From contig CAYZFJ010000001.1 of NCBI GenBank assembly GCA_964477705.1, forward strand, positions 11,380-75,379: DNA of 64,000 nt, read 5' to 3'. The notes under the pieces are model-generated. The model searched no databases. It had not been told where the DNA came from and worked only from the letters and a program-made list of their open reading frames with translations. The DNA is from an uncultured Myxococcia bacterium. GTDB taxonomy: Bacteria > Myxococcota_A > JAVEVO01 > CAYZFJ01. Position 1 is the stretch's first letter. Every line of letters begins with the position of its first letter. This document shows positions 41,051 through 51,175 of the stretch, piece after piece. The position numbers and the translations under genes are program-made.

Positions 41051-44000
41051 TCAAGGGGCAGGACGCAATCTTGGGTAAAGTGTGTAGCCTTCTGTGTCCA
41101 TGGCGTTGCCCCTCTCGCCATAGTAACTGTTAGAGAAGTTCTGTTCCCATATGGAATTGTTGCCGATGGCAGGAGCAGCAGGGGAGGCATCGTCATTGTT
41201 TACCATGTCAGGTCGATAGTATCTGTCTACTCCGCCACCATCTATAAAGAGGGCTCTGGTGAGGTATTGTTTTCTGGTGTAATCCTGGTGTGACATGGCC
41301 ATTCCAAGGGTGGTGCTGTCTCCCATCTCGTAGGTGTCTGCTCCATCTGTATCTATGAAGAGGGAGATGGAGTTGTAACGGGAAAAGCTGGCGGCTCTGG
41401 CATTGGCCACATAGCGATCCGAGCCGGAGATGTTATATACAACAGCCGCACTGAATTCGCCCGCAGATGCCAGGTGGCTATGGTGCAGCCTGTTGACGGT
41501 TACATTGAACTGGTCGTTGCCGTCATAATCCAGGAGTACTGCCAGACTGTAGTTGTCCGCACTGGCCTGGGCGAGTGCGGAGGAGTCGTATCGGTCGTTT
41601 CCTCCATGGTCGACCAGGTTGCCCCGCCCTGCCCATTCGGCTCGACCCTGTGCTCCCACGCCGGCCCGGTAGTAATCATCACCACCACCGTCTACTAGCA
41701 AGCCCAGTCCACCAGACATGATGCCTTCTGTATAAATGTTGAACGGGGGCACTCCTGCCGCTGCTCCCTGGCACAGGTTGCGGTTGAGGGCCTGGTTCTC
41801 TGACCATGGAAAGATGACTGTGTCCCTGCCTGTGGCGGGGGCGCTGGATGGTGGTGTAGTCGGGCCTGCTGATGGGGCTGCATTCTCGTCTCCAGCTACT
41901 GCGTGGTAGGTGTCAGGACTGTCACCAAGGTTGACGACTGCGCCAAACCCCAGGGTGCCTCCGTATCCCTGACATCCGTGCCAGGCCAGCAGCTCGTCTT
42001 GCCCTGCCAGGTCGAGGAGCAGCCCGGTGCCGAACAGGGCGCTGCCCTGGCTGAAAGATTCGCTTGCGTATCGGTCGTCTCCACCGTCGTCCAGGAGGAT
42101 GCCAACTCCCAGTATTCCGAATCCCTGGGACATGCGCAGTGAGCCGTACCAGTCATCGCCGGCACCGTAGTCAGCGATGATGCCTATGCCAAGGCGCCCA
42201 GAACCCTGGCGGCCGACCTGGGAGCTGGATTGGTTGGGGCCCTGGCCGAGGGGGACGAGCTGGTCGGAGTCTGGTGGTGCTGATGAGGATGAGGATGATG
42301 CAGGGTAGCGTCCCGCTGCGTCGGGTGTGAGCAGAGATACGGGAGCGACTGGGGCGATGCTGCTTGGTCGAGCGGTCTCTGTGGTGGTTGTTGTAGGGGG
42401 AGCGGTAGCCCCAGTACCAGTGTTGACGTGAGCAGGGGCGTTGAGGGTGGGGGATGTGGGGGCGGTGTTGGTGCCGGTGTCGGTGGGTGCCTGGTACGAA
42501 TAGGTGTCGTGACCGCCCAGGTCAATGGCGATGGATATGGGGTTGGAGATTGACATGGTTGCGCCGACCGGGATCTCATACAGGTCGTCACCTCCTGTGT
42601 CGATAAGCAGCAGGATGGCTTCTTCTTCGCCTTCAGGTTTCAGTATGCCTGCTCCATTACCAGAGTTGTGGTCAGCTCCTGTTGGCTGGTGGTGATCGTC
42701 CGCACTGTCCGCTATAATGAGCCGACCCATGGGGGTGACCAAATCCAGGTAAAAACCGGTGGTGTCAGCCAGTGGTGTCCAGTCGATCTGGTCTATGGCG
42801 CTGGTTATGGTGAGGGCCGCCTGTAGCATCAGGTCATGCTTGTAGTGTCTGGAGAGGAATCCCATGACCGCCGGCGACCTGAACCAGTGGTCAGCAGGCA
42901 TACTCTTTGTGGCAAATAGTACCTCTGGTATCCGGTAGTACAGGTCATTAATGAACTGGCCGTATGTTGGCGTGATGTTGGCCGCCCCCTCCAGGGCCTG
43001 GTTTCGCAGTGTGGATGCCTGGGCAGAGGCTTTGAGCAGGTGACCAGCCGCTGCCGCAACCGGGGCTGGCAGGGATGCGACTTGGTCGAGCAGATCGTCC
43101 TGTGGTGGTGCCTGTGTGCCTGCGGCGGTATAGATTGCTTCCAGCCCGTCAATCAGGAGCAGCTTGCCTTCGCCTTCTTTGAATATGGTCGGGTCAAAGG
43201 TGAAGTCATAGGTTTGATTGGCGCCGCCGGGTTGCCAGGCGTTGGTTGCATCAGCGTAGCCTTGCTGTTCGGCAGCATGGAGCACGGCCAAGGTGAGGGG
43301 CTTGCCCGCTGGATCTCCTATGCGAGAGAGCGCCTGGCTTCTGGTTGCCCCAAGCTGGGCTCCTTGCAGGGGTAGGCGGTATTCGTCGCTGAAACCATGC
43401 ATTGTGAGAGGGTCGGCTTTTACCGCCTCTGGAACCGCCAGCAGATCTCTGGCGGCGTTGTTGCCAAACGCACATGGGGATGAGAGGAGCATCTCCCGCA
43501 GCAGGTCCCGTTGGCCTGCCGGCGGCTTTTCCATACAGGAGCAGCTGTCTGGGAGGCATACTTTGGCTGGCCAGGCGCCGTACATTGGTGTGCAGATGGA
43601 CCCTGCCCCGCATTCGGTGTCACTGTTGCAGGCATGGGAGCAGATGCCTCTGGTTTCTCCGTTCAAGGTGAACGAGAAGCAGATCCCCTCGGCACATGGG
43701 CGCTGGGCTGAGCAGGAAGCTCCTACTCCAGCTCCAACTCCAACGCCGTTTTCATCTTCAGTTTGAGTCAGGGGAGTGATAAAGCCGCACTGGTTCCATC
43801 CATACGGCTCCTCTTGTATGCAGATGCCTGTGTCTGTACTAGTCCCATTCCCATTCCCATTCCCATTACCATTCCCTGTCCCTGTCCCTGCTTCAGGATT
43901 GTCACTGCTGCTGCTTATCTGACAGTGCCTCCAGCCTTCCGGGCAGTCCCGGTCCGCAGAGCAGGGGCTGGTACACCGGCCTCCTGAAGTCGGATTGGAG

Positions 44001-45283
44001 CACACATGATTCTGGCCGCCGCATGTGTCGCCATAGGGGCCACCACACAGGGTTCCCAGGAGCCAGGTTTCGCAGCGTGCAGTGTCAGGCACACATCCAT
44101 AAAGGGTTCGAGAGTTGGGCACATCTGGCACTGTAGAGCATGAGAACCCGAGAGGGCAGGTCTGACAGCGGTTCTGGTAGCAGATGGACCCAGCCGGACA
44201 CTCTCCAGTAGTCTGGCACCCATAGCAACTGCCGCCAATGCAGCGCAGGCGACATGTTCCGTCAATGCACCGCTGCATGTATGGGCAGGAGTTGTCTGGC
44301 TGGCATGGGCCTGTAGTGGTGCAGTCATAATCGCTTGAGCAGGTGTCACACTCCCTGGAACAAAATCCGGGTTCTCCTGCTTGTCGGACTACGCACAAAT
44401 CTCGCTCTGTACCGCACTCATCGTTTGTGAGGCATGGGCCACCACAGAGAGCTTGATCAGGGAGAAGACACCGGTCACCAGTTGATGGCTGGCAAACCAT
44501 GCCATCTGGGCAGGAGGTCTCTTCGCATTGGTTGTCACAGGTGCCGGCCAGAGGGACACACCATCCTTCGGTTGCGTCGGTTGTGATGGTGGCGCAGGTG
44601 TAGTTATCGGGGCATTTTAGAAATTGGTTGCAGCCTATGGAGCAGAAGCGTTGTTCGATGGCTGGGTGGTAGAGGCAGGAGGTGTTCCCCGTGCCACACT
44701 GATGATCGGTTTTGCATGGCTGGCACAGATATTCTGCATCGGGTTTGCATTTACCACTGGTCGGGTCACAGCCGTTACCCCAGGAGCAGGCGGGCTGGCC
44801 GATGCATGGGTCATCGCATCCGGTGACAGGCGTGCAGTAGTAATCTCCCCCAGAAGAGGCCATGCATGTGGTTCCGGTCGGGCAAATGGAACCGGCGGTG
44901 CTGTCTTGGGCATGGGGAGAGCAGGGCAAGGTGCAGATGCCACTTCCTGGCTCGGTGTGGGTGGGGATGATAGCGCAGGAGAGCCCGTCTGCAGTGCAGT
45001 GGGCTTGGTCTGTCAAGGAGCATGGGGTGCAGAATGAGTCGGGAACGGTGCGGTTATCGCCACCGTCAGGCCCCGTGTCGCTGTCTGCGGCAGCATCCGG
45101 ATTGTGGGTGTTGTCTCCCGCATCATCTGCGAAGTCTGCGTCATCCTCCAGGTCTGAATCGTAAGGTTCTTGGGAATCCTGATCATCAAATAAACTGGAC
45201 GGAGAGGAGCATGCAGGCAGAGCGCCCGCAATAATCAAGGTAAACAAGATGATCGGGATGAGCAGAAACTTCACGTTTATCAA
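41051..45283 (-). CDS. Giant secreted lipoprotein (1410 aa): Cys-rich EGF-like N-terminal half, (GN)n linker, C-terminal array of hhhD-x-G-G-x-D-x-Y repeats (FG-GAP/beta-propeller-like)
   Basis: Signal peptide with lipobox LPAC; >90 Cys in first 600 aa; about 10 repeats of LLxDxGGxDxY in last 500 aa. Confidence 0.6.
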   Translation of the reverse strand: MINVKFLLIPIILFTLIIAGALPACSSPSSLFDDQDSQEPYDSDLEDDADFADDAGDNTHNPDAAADSDTGPDGGDNRTVPDSFCTPCSLTDQAHCTADGLSCAIIPTHTEPGSGICTLPCSPHAQDSTAGSICPTGTTCMASSGGDYYCTPVTGCDDPCIGQPACSWGNGCDPTSGKCKPDAEYLCQPCKTDHQCGTGNTSCLYHPAIEQRFCSIGCNQFLKCPDNYTCATITTDATEGWCVPLAGTCDNQCEETSCPDGMVCQPSTGDRCLLPDQALCGGPCLTNDECGTERDLCVVRQAGEPGFCSRECDTCSSDYDCTTTGPCQPDNSCPYMQRCIDGTCRLRCIGGSCYGCQTTGECPAGSICYQNRCQTCPLGFSCSTVPDVPNSRTLYGCVPDTARCETWLLGTLCGGPYGDTCGGQNHVCSNPTSGGRCTSPCSADRDCPEGWRHCQISSSSDNPEAGTGTGNGNGNGNGNGTSTDTGICIQEEPYGWNQCGFITPLTQTEDENGVGVGAGVGASCSAQRPCAEGICFSFTLNGETRGICSHACNSDTECGAGSICTPMYGAWPAKVCLPDSCSCMEKPPAGQRDLLREMLLSSPCAFGNNAARDLLAVPEAVKADPLTMHGFSDEYRLPLQGAQLGATRSQALSRIGDPAGKPLTLAVLHAAEQQGYADATNAWQPGGANQTYDFTFDPTIFKEGEGKLLLIDGLEAIYTAAGTQAPPQDDLLDQVASLPAPVAAAAGHLLKASAQASTLRNQALEGAANITPTYGQFINDLYYRIPEVLFATKSMPADHWFRSPAVMGFLSRHYKHDLMLQAALTITSAIDQIDWTPLADTTGFYLDLVTPMGRLIIADSADDHHQPTGADHNSGNGAGILKPEGEEEAILLLIDTGGDDLYEIPVGATMSISNPISIAIDLGGHDTYSYQAPTDTGTNTAPTSPTLNAPAHVNTGTGATAPPTTTTTETARPSSIAPVAPVSLLTPDAAGRYPASSSSSSAPPDSDQLVPLGQGPNQSSSQVGRQGSGRLGIGIIADYGAGDDWYGSLRMSQGFGILGVGILLDDGGDDRYASESFSQGSALFGTGLLLDLAGQDELLAWHGCQGYGGTLGFGAVVNLGDSPDTYHAVAGDENAAPSAGPTTPPSSAPATGRDTVIFPWSENQALNRNLCQGAAAGVPPFNIYTEGIMSGGLGLLVDGGGDDYYRAGVGAQGRAEWAGRGNLVDHGGNDRYDSSALAQASADNYSLAVLLDYDGNDQFNVTVNRLHHSHLASAGEFSAAVVYNISGSDRYVANARAASFSRYNSISLFIDTDGADTYEMGDSTTLGMAMSHQDYTRKQYLTRALFIDGGGVDRYYRPDMVNNDDASPAAPAIGNNSIWEQNFSNSYYGERGNAMDTEGYTLYPRLRPAP
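43844..43890. repeat. Hexanucleotide SSR (CCCATT)n then (CCCTGT)2 inside the giant lipoprotein gene, encoding GNGNGNGNGNG
   Basis: cccattcccattcccattcccattaccattccctgtccctgtccctg. Confidence 0.8.
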
Positions 45284-45540
45284 ACCATCCGATTTCGGGA
45301 TTTCTCACTATCAATAATTGAAGAGGCATTTTTTCCAATTGTCCATAATACCAGCAGAGCTTGTGATTTGGAATAATATCCTTTGAACTACCCACCCCAT
45401 TGTCCCTTATGAGCCTCAGCACTAAATGTCTGTACGGGCACGGCACGCCGTATGTATGTTCAGTTAAGCTTCAACTCCATGCCATGAAGCCATCAGGCAC
45501 CCTATCATTTCTGTATCGATATGGATCTGGTACCACACTC

Positions 45541-45690
45541 CCTCCCAACGCCTGTAGGGGCACGGCATGCCGTGCCCTTCGTCAGCGGTGCACCCAACTC
45601 GCCTAAACAATTTTTGGCAATCCACTTGCCTTAAAAGAACACGTATGCGGCACACTGTGCCCTTCGCCAGCGGTGCGAACACTCCTTCAT
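45541..45690. repeat. REP-like element, long composite copy (core 45558-45577); additional degenerate copy at ~45430-45455
   Basis: About 110 nt near-identical to 15543-15660 including TTAAAAGAACACG segment. Confidence 0.7.
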
Positions 45691-45893
45691 CGGCCACCAT
45701 GGAAACTCTGAACAGCCCTCTTCCTGCTTGCTACATGTAACTTTCCATTTCCATTTTCATTTTTCGCTTTCCTCTTCCCATGGTGAACTAATCAGCCTCT
45801 CTCCACTGTTGTCACAACTGTGATATTAAGGTTGCAATAAAACGATAAAACCATGAGAGAACCGCTTTATATAAGATAGATGGTCATCTTAAC

Positions 45894-45921
45894 TTGACTA
45901 AGTATTTTAGTTTTATAGAAT
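45894..45921 (+). promoter_or_regulatory. Candidate sigma70-type promoter of the deo operon
   Basis: TTGACT - 16 nt - TAGAAT in AT-rich spacer ~85 nt upstream of deoC ATG. Confidence 0.35.
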
Positions 45922-46006
45922 ACTGCGCTTGTCTGAACCCGTGTTTTTCGTGCGAGTCCGCGACAGGCATAAGAGCCATGAAAAATATGGGTTGAAGGAG
46001 AATGTC

Positions 46007-46906
46007 ATGCATGATGATAAAAATATGGCCTTGCTCGTAGAAGAGATCGCAGCAAGGGTCCGTGAAAAATTACAAGCAGGCGGCGGCTGGAACCCAGCCG
46101 CAGTCAGCACACCAGCGATGCCCTGTTCTGCAACCAATCACCCCTGTTCCAGTTGTGGAAACTGCCTCGTTCGGGCTGAGGACCTGGCAGGAGCAGGAGC
46201 AGATCGTATTGGCGGCCGACCGGGCGCTCCACAGGTACCGGCCGCTCTGGCTAAATATATCGATCACACCCTCCTGAAAGCTGATGCCACCAAGGACGAA
46301 GTGATTAAGCTCTGCGAAGAAGCAGTAAAGTACAACTTTGCCTCCGTTTGTGTGAACCCCTCTTGGGTTCGTCTTGCCAAAGGGTGCGTGGAGCGGTCCG
46401 CTGTCAAGGTGGTTGCAGTTGTGGGCTTCCCTCTGGGAGCCACTGCTGCCGCAGCTAAAGCCTTCGAAGCCCGTGAAGCCGTCCGTCAGGGCGCCGAAGA
46501 GATTGACATGGTGCTGAACATTGGCGCCCTTCGTTCCGGCGAATATTCGGTGGTCTTCGATGACATCCGTAAGGTGGTTGATGCTGTCAGGCCCGTTCCG
46601 GTGAAGGTCATTCTGGAAACCTCCATGCTCAATGAGGAGCAGAAGGTGGTTGGATGCACCCTCTCTAAACTGGCAGGGGCAGCCTTTGTCAAGACCAGCA
46701 CCGGCTTCTCGGGCGGTGGTGCTACCGCCGAGGATGTGGCTCTGATGAGGCGAGTTGTGGGCCCTGAGATGGGTGTGAAAGCCTCTGGTGGCGTCCGCAA
46801 CACTGATGATGCCAAGAAGATGATTGAAGCTGGAGCAACCCGTATTGGTGCAAGCGCCAGCGTGGGAATTGTCACCGGACAGAGTGGTTCGGGCAAGGGG
46901 TACTGA
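46007..46906 (+). CDS. deoC: Deoxyribose-phosphate aldolase with ~75-aa N-terminal extension bearing C-x5-C-x2-C-x2-C
   Basis: [16 protein letters not shown]...CVNPS...KVILETSML...KTSTGF class I aldolase Lys region; GAAGGAG RBS before ATG 46007. Confidence 0.8.
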   Translation: MHDDKNMALLVEEIAARVREKLQAGGGWNPAAVSTPAMPCSATNHPCSSCGNCLVRAEDLAGAGADRIGGRPGAPQVPAALAKYIDHTLLKADATKDEVIKLCEEAVKYNFASVCVNPSWVRLAKGCVERSAVKVVAVVGFPLGATAAAAKAFEAREAVRQGAEEIDMVLNIGALRSGEYSVVFDDIRKVVDAVRPVPVKVILETSMLNEEQKVVGCTLSKLAGAAFVKTSTGFSGGGATAEDVALMRRVVGPEMGVKASGGVRNTDDAKKMIEAGATRIGASASVGIVTGQSGSGKGY

Positions 46907-46907
46907 T

Positions 46908-48116
46908 TTGAGCTCGTCAGTTACTGTAGACGAACGTTCTCCTTTCAAGCGGGTAGTGTTAATTGTGGCAGACTCGGTCGGTGTGGGCCAAATGCCCGAT
47001 GCCGCCAAGTTCGGCGATGATGGAGCCGCCACCCTTCAGAATGTGGCCGCACACCTTGGTGGTCTCAACTTGCCCAACCTGGCCTCTTTAGGGCTGGGCA
47101 ACATCGTCCCGGTAAAAGGGGTACCTGCATCCCCTGCTCCCCGTGCCTTTTACGGAAAATCTGCTGAACTCTCCGATGCCAAGGACACCACTACCGGGCA
47201 CTGGGAAATCGCCGGGCTACCGTTGCAGAAACCGTGGTCCTATTTTCCAAAAGGGTTTACGGGTGAGATCATCGATGAGTTTGTGCGGAATGCTGGATTG
47301 ACAGGTGTTCTTGGCAATAAAGCATCGTCCGGTACGGTGATTATCGATGAATTGGGGCCCGAGCACATCAGAAGCGGCATGCCCATCGTCTATACCTCTG
47401 CTGACAGTGTGTTTCAGATAGCTGCCCATGAAGAGGCGTTCGGACTAGAGCGACTGTATGAGATCAGCGCTATTGCAAGGGAGATCCTGGATCGTCATCA
47501 GGTGGCCCGGGTGATTGCCCGCCCCTTCGTCGGTTCAGTGGATGAGGGGTTCAAGCGCACATACAACAGGCACGACTACTCCATGGAGCCGCCCGGTGAT
47601 ACGGTTCTGGATATCCTCAAGGCTGCTGGAAAGTCGGTGGTCGGTGTTGGCAAGATTGGCGACATATTTGCCGGTAAAGGATTGACCAAGTCTGTTCACA
47701 CTGAAGGTAATGTGAATGGAATGGAGATCACGGCCAATCTGTTGGATGAGCATGATGAAGGGCTGATTTTTGTAAACCTGGTCGATTTTGACATGCTCTA
47801 CGGACACCGTAACAATCCAGAAGGGTATGGGGCTTCGCTGGAAGAGTTCGACAGTAAACTGGCGCTGCTCCTTGGTAAGCTGGGCGCCGGTGACTTGCTG
47901 ATCATCACAGCCGATCACGGTTGCGATCCCACCTTTACGGTGCATACGGATCACACCCGTGAGTATGTGCCTATCATCGCCTACAATCCGGCCAATACGA
48001 CGGGCAAAAGCCTTGGGGTGCGAAGCACTTTTGCTGACATCGGGGCAACAGTAGCTGATGCCCTTGGGGTGGCCCCTACGGCGGTCGGCACATCATTTCT
48101 TGAGGAGGTTCGCTGA
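46908..48116 (+). CDS. deoB: Phosphopentomutase; TTG start assumed
   Basis: VVLIVADSVGVG N-terminal metal site, ITADHGCDPT C-terminal motif of DeoB. Confidence 0.75.
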   Translation: MSSSVTVDERSPFKRVVLIVADSVGVGQMPDAAKFGDDGAATLQNVAAHLGGLNLPNLASLGLGNIVPVKGVPASPAPRAFYGKSAELSDAKDTTTGHWEIAGLPLQKPWSYFPKGFTGEIIDEFVRNAGLTGVLGNKASSGTVIIDELGPEHIRSGMPIVYTSADSVFQIAAHEEAFGLERLYEISAIAREILDRHQVARVIARPFVGSVDEGFKRTYNRHDYSMEPPGDTVLDILKAAGKSVVGVGKIGDIFAGKGLTKSVHTEGNVNGMEITANLLDEHDEGLIFVNLVDFDMLYGHRNNPEGYGASLEEFDSKLALLLGKLGAGDLLIITADHGCDPTFTVHTDHTREYVPIIAYNPANTTGKSLGVRSTFADIGATVADALGVAPTAVGTSFLEEVR

Positions 48117-48119
48117 CTC

Positions 48120-49439
48120 ATGCTGCGTATGTACGACATCATCAAAAAGAAGCGGGATGGTCTGGAACTAACACCCGATGAGATTCGGGCCCTGATTCAT
48201 GAATATACCCATGATCAGATTCCCGATTATCAGATGGCCGCCCTGACGATGGCTGTTTTCATACGCGGGCTGACAGATGCTGAGCTGGGGGTCTGGACCC
48301 GGGCTATGATGGATTCGGGTCGGGTGATGGACCTCTCTCACATTTCCAGTGTGAAGGTGGATAAGCACTCCACTGGTGGGGTAGGCGACAAGATCTCCTT
48401 GTGCCTGGCTCCGCTGGTGGCTGCATGCGGCGTGCCAGTCCCTATGATCTCCGGGCGTGGCCTGGGGCATACGGGCGGCACCCTGGATAAGCTTGAGTCT
48501 ATCCCTGGTTTCAGGGTTGACCTTGACCCCGACCAGTACGCGAAAATTGTTGGGGACATCGGTCTGTGTCTAATCGGACAGACCAAAGACCTGGCTCCTG
48601 CAGACCGTAAATTGTATGCCCTCCGGGACGTGACCGGTACCGTTGACAGCATCCCTCTCATCTCTGCCAGCATTATGTGCAAGAAGCTTGCCGAGGGGAT
48701 TGATGCTCTGGTGCTGGATGTGAAGACAGGCTCGGGCGCCTTTATGAAAACCGAGGCTGAGGCCCGTGTTCTGGCATCTAAGATGGTGGCTATCGGTCGG
48801 GAGATGGGGCGTGAGGTGGAGGCTTTTATCACTGACATGGACCAGCCGTTGGGCAATACGGCTGGAAATGCGCTGGAAGTGATGGAAGCCGTAGATGTGC
48901 TGAAGGGTGTGGGACCTGCTGATACTACTGAGATTACTTACACTCTGGGGGCTGCCATGTTGAGGCTTGGCAAGGTCGCCGCTGATGATGCTGAAGGGCG
49001 CCGGATGATTGCCCGGGCTGTGGCAGATGGGAGCGGGCTTGCCAAGTTCAAGCAGATGGTGGCTGCACAGGGTGGTAATCCTGCGGCTGCAGACGACTAT
49101 TCCCTGCTCCCCGGTGCGTCGGGAGTGGAGGTGTTGACTGCGCCCAGGGCCGGGTATGTGACCGGTATAGATACTGAGAAGATGGGTATTGCCATTCTGG
49201 TGTTGGGCGCTGGGCGGGAACGGTTCGATTCACCTATTGACCATGGTGTCGGTGCCATGTTCCTGAAAAAGAAGGGTGCCTGGGTTGAGAAGGGAGAACC
49301 CCTGGTCAATCTGCTCGTTAACGACCGGTCCAGGCTGGCCCAATCCCTGCAGTTGGCTGGGGAGGCTTTTAGCATAGGCGATGAACCTCCCGTAGAGAGA
49401 CCACTCGTTTTTGGAAAGATCACCGCAGCTGATCTTTGA
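48120..49439 (+). CDS. deoA: Pyrimidine-nucleoside (thymidine) phosphorylase
   Basis: MYDIIKKKRDG...HSTGGVGDK...ISGRGLGHTGGTLDKLE family signature; GAGGAGG RBS. Confidence 0.85.
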   Translation: MLRMYDIIKKKRDGLELTPDEIRALIHEYTHDQIPDYQMAALTMAVFIRGLTDAELGVWTRAMMDSGRVMDLSHISSVKVDKHSTGGVGDKISLCLAPLVAACGVPVPMISGRGLGHTGGTLDKLESIPGFRVDLDPDQYAKIVGDIGLCLIGQTKDLAPADRKLYALRDVTGTVDSIPLISASIMCKKLAEGIDALVLDVKTGSGAFMKTEAEARVLASKMVAIGREMGREVEAFITDMDQPLGNTAGNALEVMEAVDVLKGVGPADTTEITYTLGAAMLRLGKVAADDAEGRRMIARAVADGSGLAKFKQMVAAQGGNPAAADDYSLLPGASGVEVLTAPRAGYVTGIDTEKMGIAILVLGAGRERFDSPIDHGVGAMFLKKKGAWVEKGEPLVNLLVNDRSRLAQSLQLAGEAFSIGDEPPVERPLVFGKITAADL

Positions 49440-49469
49440 ACGAATGACTAAACAACAGTAAACTTTTGG

Positions 49470-49512
49470 ACGAACTGCAAAATTAACTGCAACTGCAACT
49501 GCGACTGCACTG
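49470..49512. repeat. Imperfect hexanucleotide tandem repeat (AACTGC)n in the deoA-punA spacer
   Basis: aactgcaaaattaactgcaactgcaactgcgactgcactgcaacgc. Confidence 0.7.
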
Positions 49513-49602
49513 CAACGCTCGATTCCTTCAATCTGCTAACTGCTTTTTTTTGAACTGCAGATTTCCCTTTTTGATTTAATTTATTTTGTTGAGGATTGAT
49601 AG

Positions 49603-50460
49603 ATGACTACTCCCGCTAAACGGGCAAAAGAATCTGCTGATTACATTATCGGCGTCGTAACCAGTGAGAAGGGCAAGTGGATAGCCCCGCAGGTAGGTAT
49701 GGTGCTTGGATCTGGGCTCGGTGCCTTGGCCGATTCGGTCCAGGATGCAATTAGAATCCCCTATGCGGAGATTCCCGGCTTCCCGGTGTCATCCGTTGTT
49801 GGCCATGCGGGCTGCCTGGTGCTGGGCACCCTCAATGGGGTTAATGTGGTGATTATGCAGGGGCGGGTGCACTATTACGAGGGATACTCCATTGAGGAGG
49901 TGGTCCGTCCAGTGCGTACTCTGGGCATGCTTGGGGTTCGTAACCTGCTGCTCACCAACGCTGCTGGCGGGGTTGATCTTGACCTTGCTCCCGGTACTTT
50001 GATGATTATCACTGATCACGTTAACCTCAGCGGTGTGAGTCCGCTGCTTGGCCCCAACGACAGCAAGCTCGGCCCCCGCTTTCCCGATATGAGCTCGGTA
50101 TATGATAGTGCTATCGTCGAGAGTCTTAATGAGACAGGCAAGGATTTGGGGCTCGAGTTGGGGCAGGGTGTTTATGCGTGGCTGTCTGGGCCAAGCTATG
50201 AGACGCCGGCTGAGATCCGAATGCTTCGGGGGCTCGGTGTGACCGCTGTGGGAATGAGCACTGTTCCCGAGGCTATTGTTGCCCGTCACATGGGGATCCG
50301 GGTTGGTGGCGTCTCCTGCATCACCAATTATGGTGCGGGGATTGTGGTTGATGCTGTTCTTAATCACAAGGAAGTGGAAGAGACTGCTGGCAGGGTGCGG
50401 GACCAATTCTGCAGGCTGCTGACAGATGCTCTGCCCCGGATTGCGTCCCTGACCGCTTGA
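49603..50460 (+). CDS. punA: Purine nucleoside phosphorylase (PNP/MTAP family, trimeric PunA type)
   Basis: 285 aa; VGHAGCLVLGTLNG, SGPSYETPAE, MSTVPE motifs. Confidence 0.8.
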   Translation: MTTPAKRAKESADYIIGVVTSEKGKWIAPQVGMVLGSGLGALADSVQDAIRIPYAEIPGFPVSSVVGHAGCLVLGTLNGVNVVIMQGRVHYYEGYSIEEVVRPVRTLGMLGVRNLLLTNAAGGVDLDLAPGTLMIITDHVNLSGVSPLLGPNDSKLGPRFPDMSSVYDSAIVESLNETGKDLGLELGQGVYAWLSGPSYETPAEIRMLRGLGVTAVGMSTVPEAIVARHMGIRVGGVSCITNYGAGIVVDAVLNHKEVEETAGRVRDQFCRLLTDALPRIASLTA

Positions 50461-50498
50461 GCCAGTAATTGATACACAGATGATGAGTGAGACTCAGA

Positions 50499-50963
50499 AT
50501 GCTTAATGCTACAGAAAGAATGATTATACCTCCCCATGCGGGAGCTGATAACGCCCAGGCTGAACTGACAGCCGAAGAGATTGAGATCCTCCTGGAGCAT
50601 GCCCGTCGCACCAGAGAGCGGTCCTACGCCCCTTACAGCAGGTTTAAGGTAGGGGCAGCAATTTTGGGGCAGAGTGGTCGAATCTACACAGGATGCAATG
50701 TGGAGAACGCCTCCTTCAGCGCTACCATTTGCGCAGAGCGGGGAGCCCTCTGCGGCGCCCTTGCCGCAGGTGAGAACCAACTGAGGGCGGTGGCTGTGAT
50801 GGCTGATACCAAGAAGCCATGTCCCCCGTGCGGAGTGTGCAGGCAGATGCTCGCCGAGTTCGGGTTGGGGATGTGGGTGGTTATGGGCTCCACCGATGGC
50901 GCCTACCGGGTAGTCACCCTGGGCTCCCTGATACCTGAAGCCTTCGACTCCTCCGTGCTGTAA
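50499..50963 (+). CDS. cdd: Cytidine deaminase
   Basis: CAERGAL (H/C-A-E) and PCGVCRQ zinc-binding motifs. Confidence 0.8.
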   Translation: MLNATERMIIPPHAGADNAQAELTAEEIEILLEHARRTRERSYAPYSRFKVGAAILGQSGRIYTGCNVENASFSATICAERGALCGALAAGENQLRAVAVMADTKKPCPPCGVCRQMLAEFGLGMWVVMGSTDGAYRVVTLGSLIPEAFDSSVL

Positions 50964-50964
50964 A

Positions 50965-51012
50965 CCCACCCCTGTACGGGCACGGCATGCCGTGCCCTTC
51001 GCCAGCGGTTTA
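50965..51012. repeat. REP-like element copy immediately 3' of cdd (core 50978-50997)
   Basis: CCTGTACGGGCACGGCATGCCGTGCCCTTCGCCAGCGG. Confidence 0.7.
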
Positions 51013-51117
51013 ATTCACTCTTCTCTTCCCGCTTTCAACCTGTAACTCTCTGTCGTAGGGGCGAGCGGCGCTCGCCCGCCAGAGCTTCGTGTCGGCAATT
51101 CAATCCAGAGCTCAAAC

Positions 51118-51175
51118 ACCTGTACGGGCACGGCATGCCGTGCCCTTTGTTAGCGGTGCACCTAACCCGCCACCA
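51118..51175. repeat. REP-like element copy (core 51126-51145); second unrelated palindrome GGGCGAGCGGCGCTCGCCC at 51056-51078
   Basis: CTGTACGGGCACGGCATGCCGTGCCCTTTGTTAGCGGTGCACCTAACC. Confidence 0.7.
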
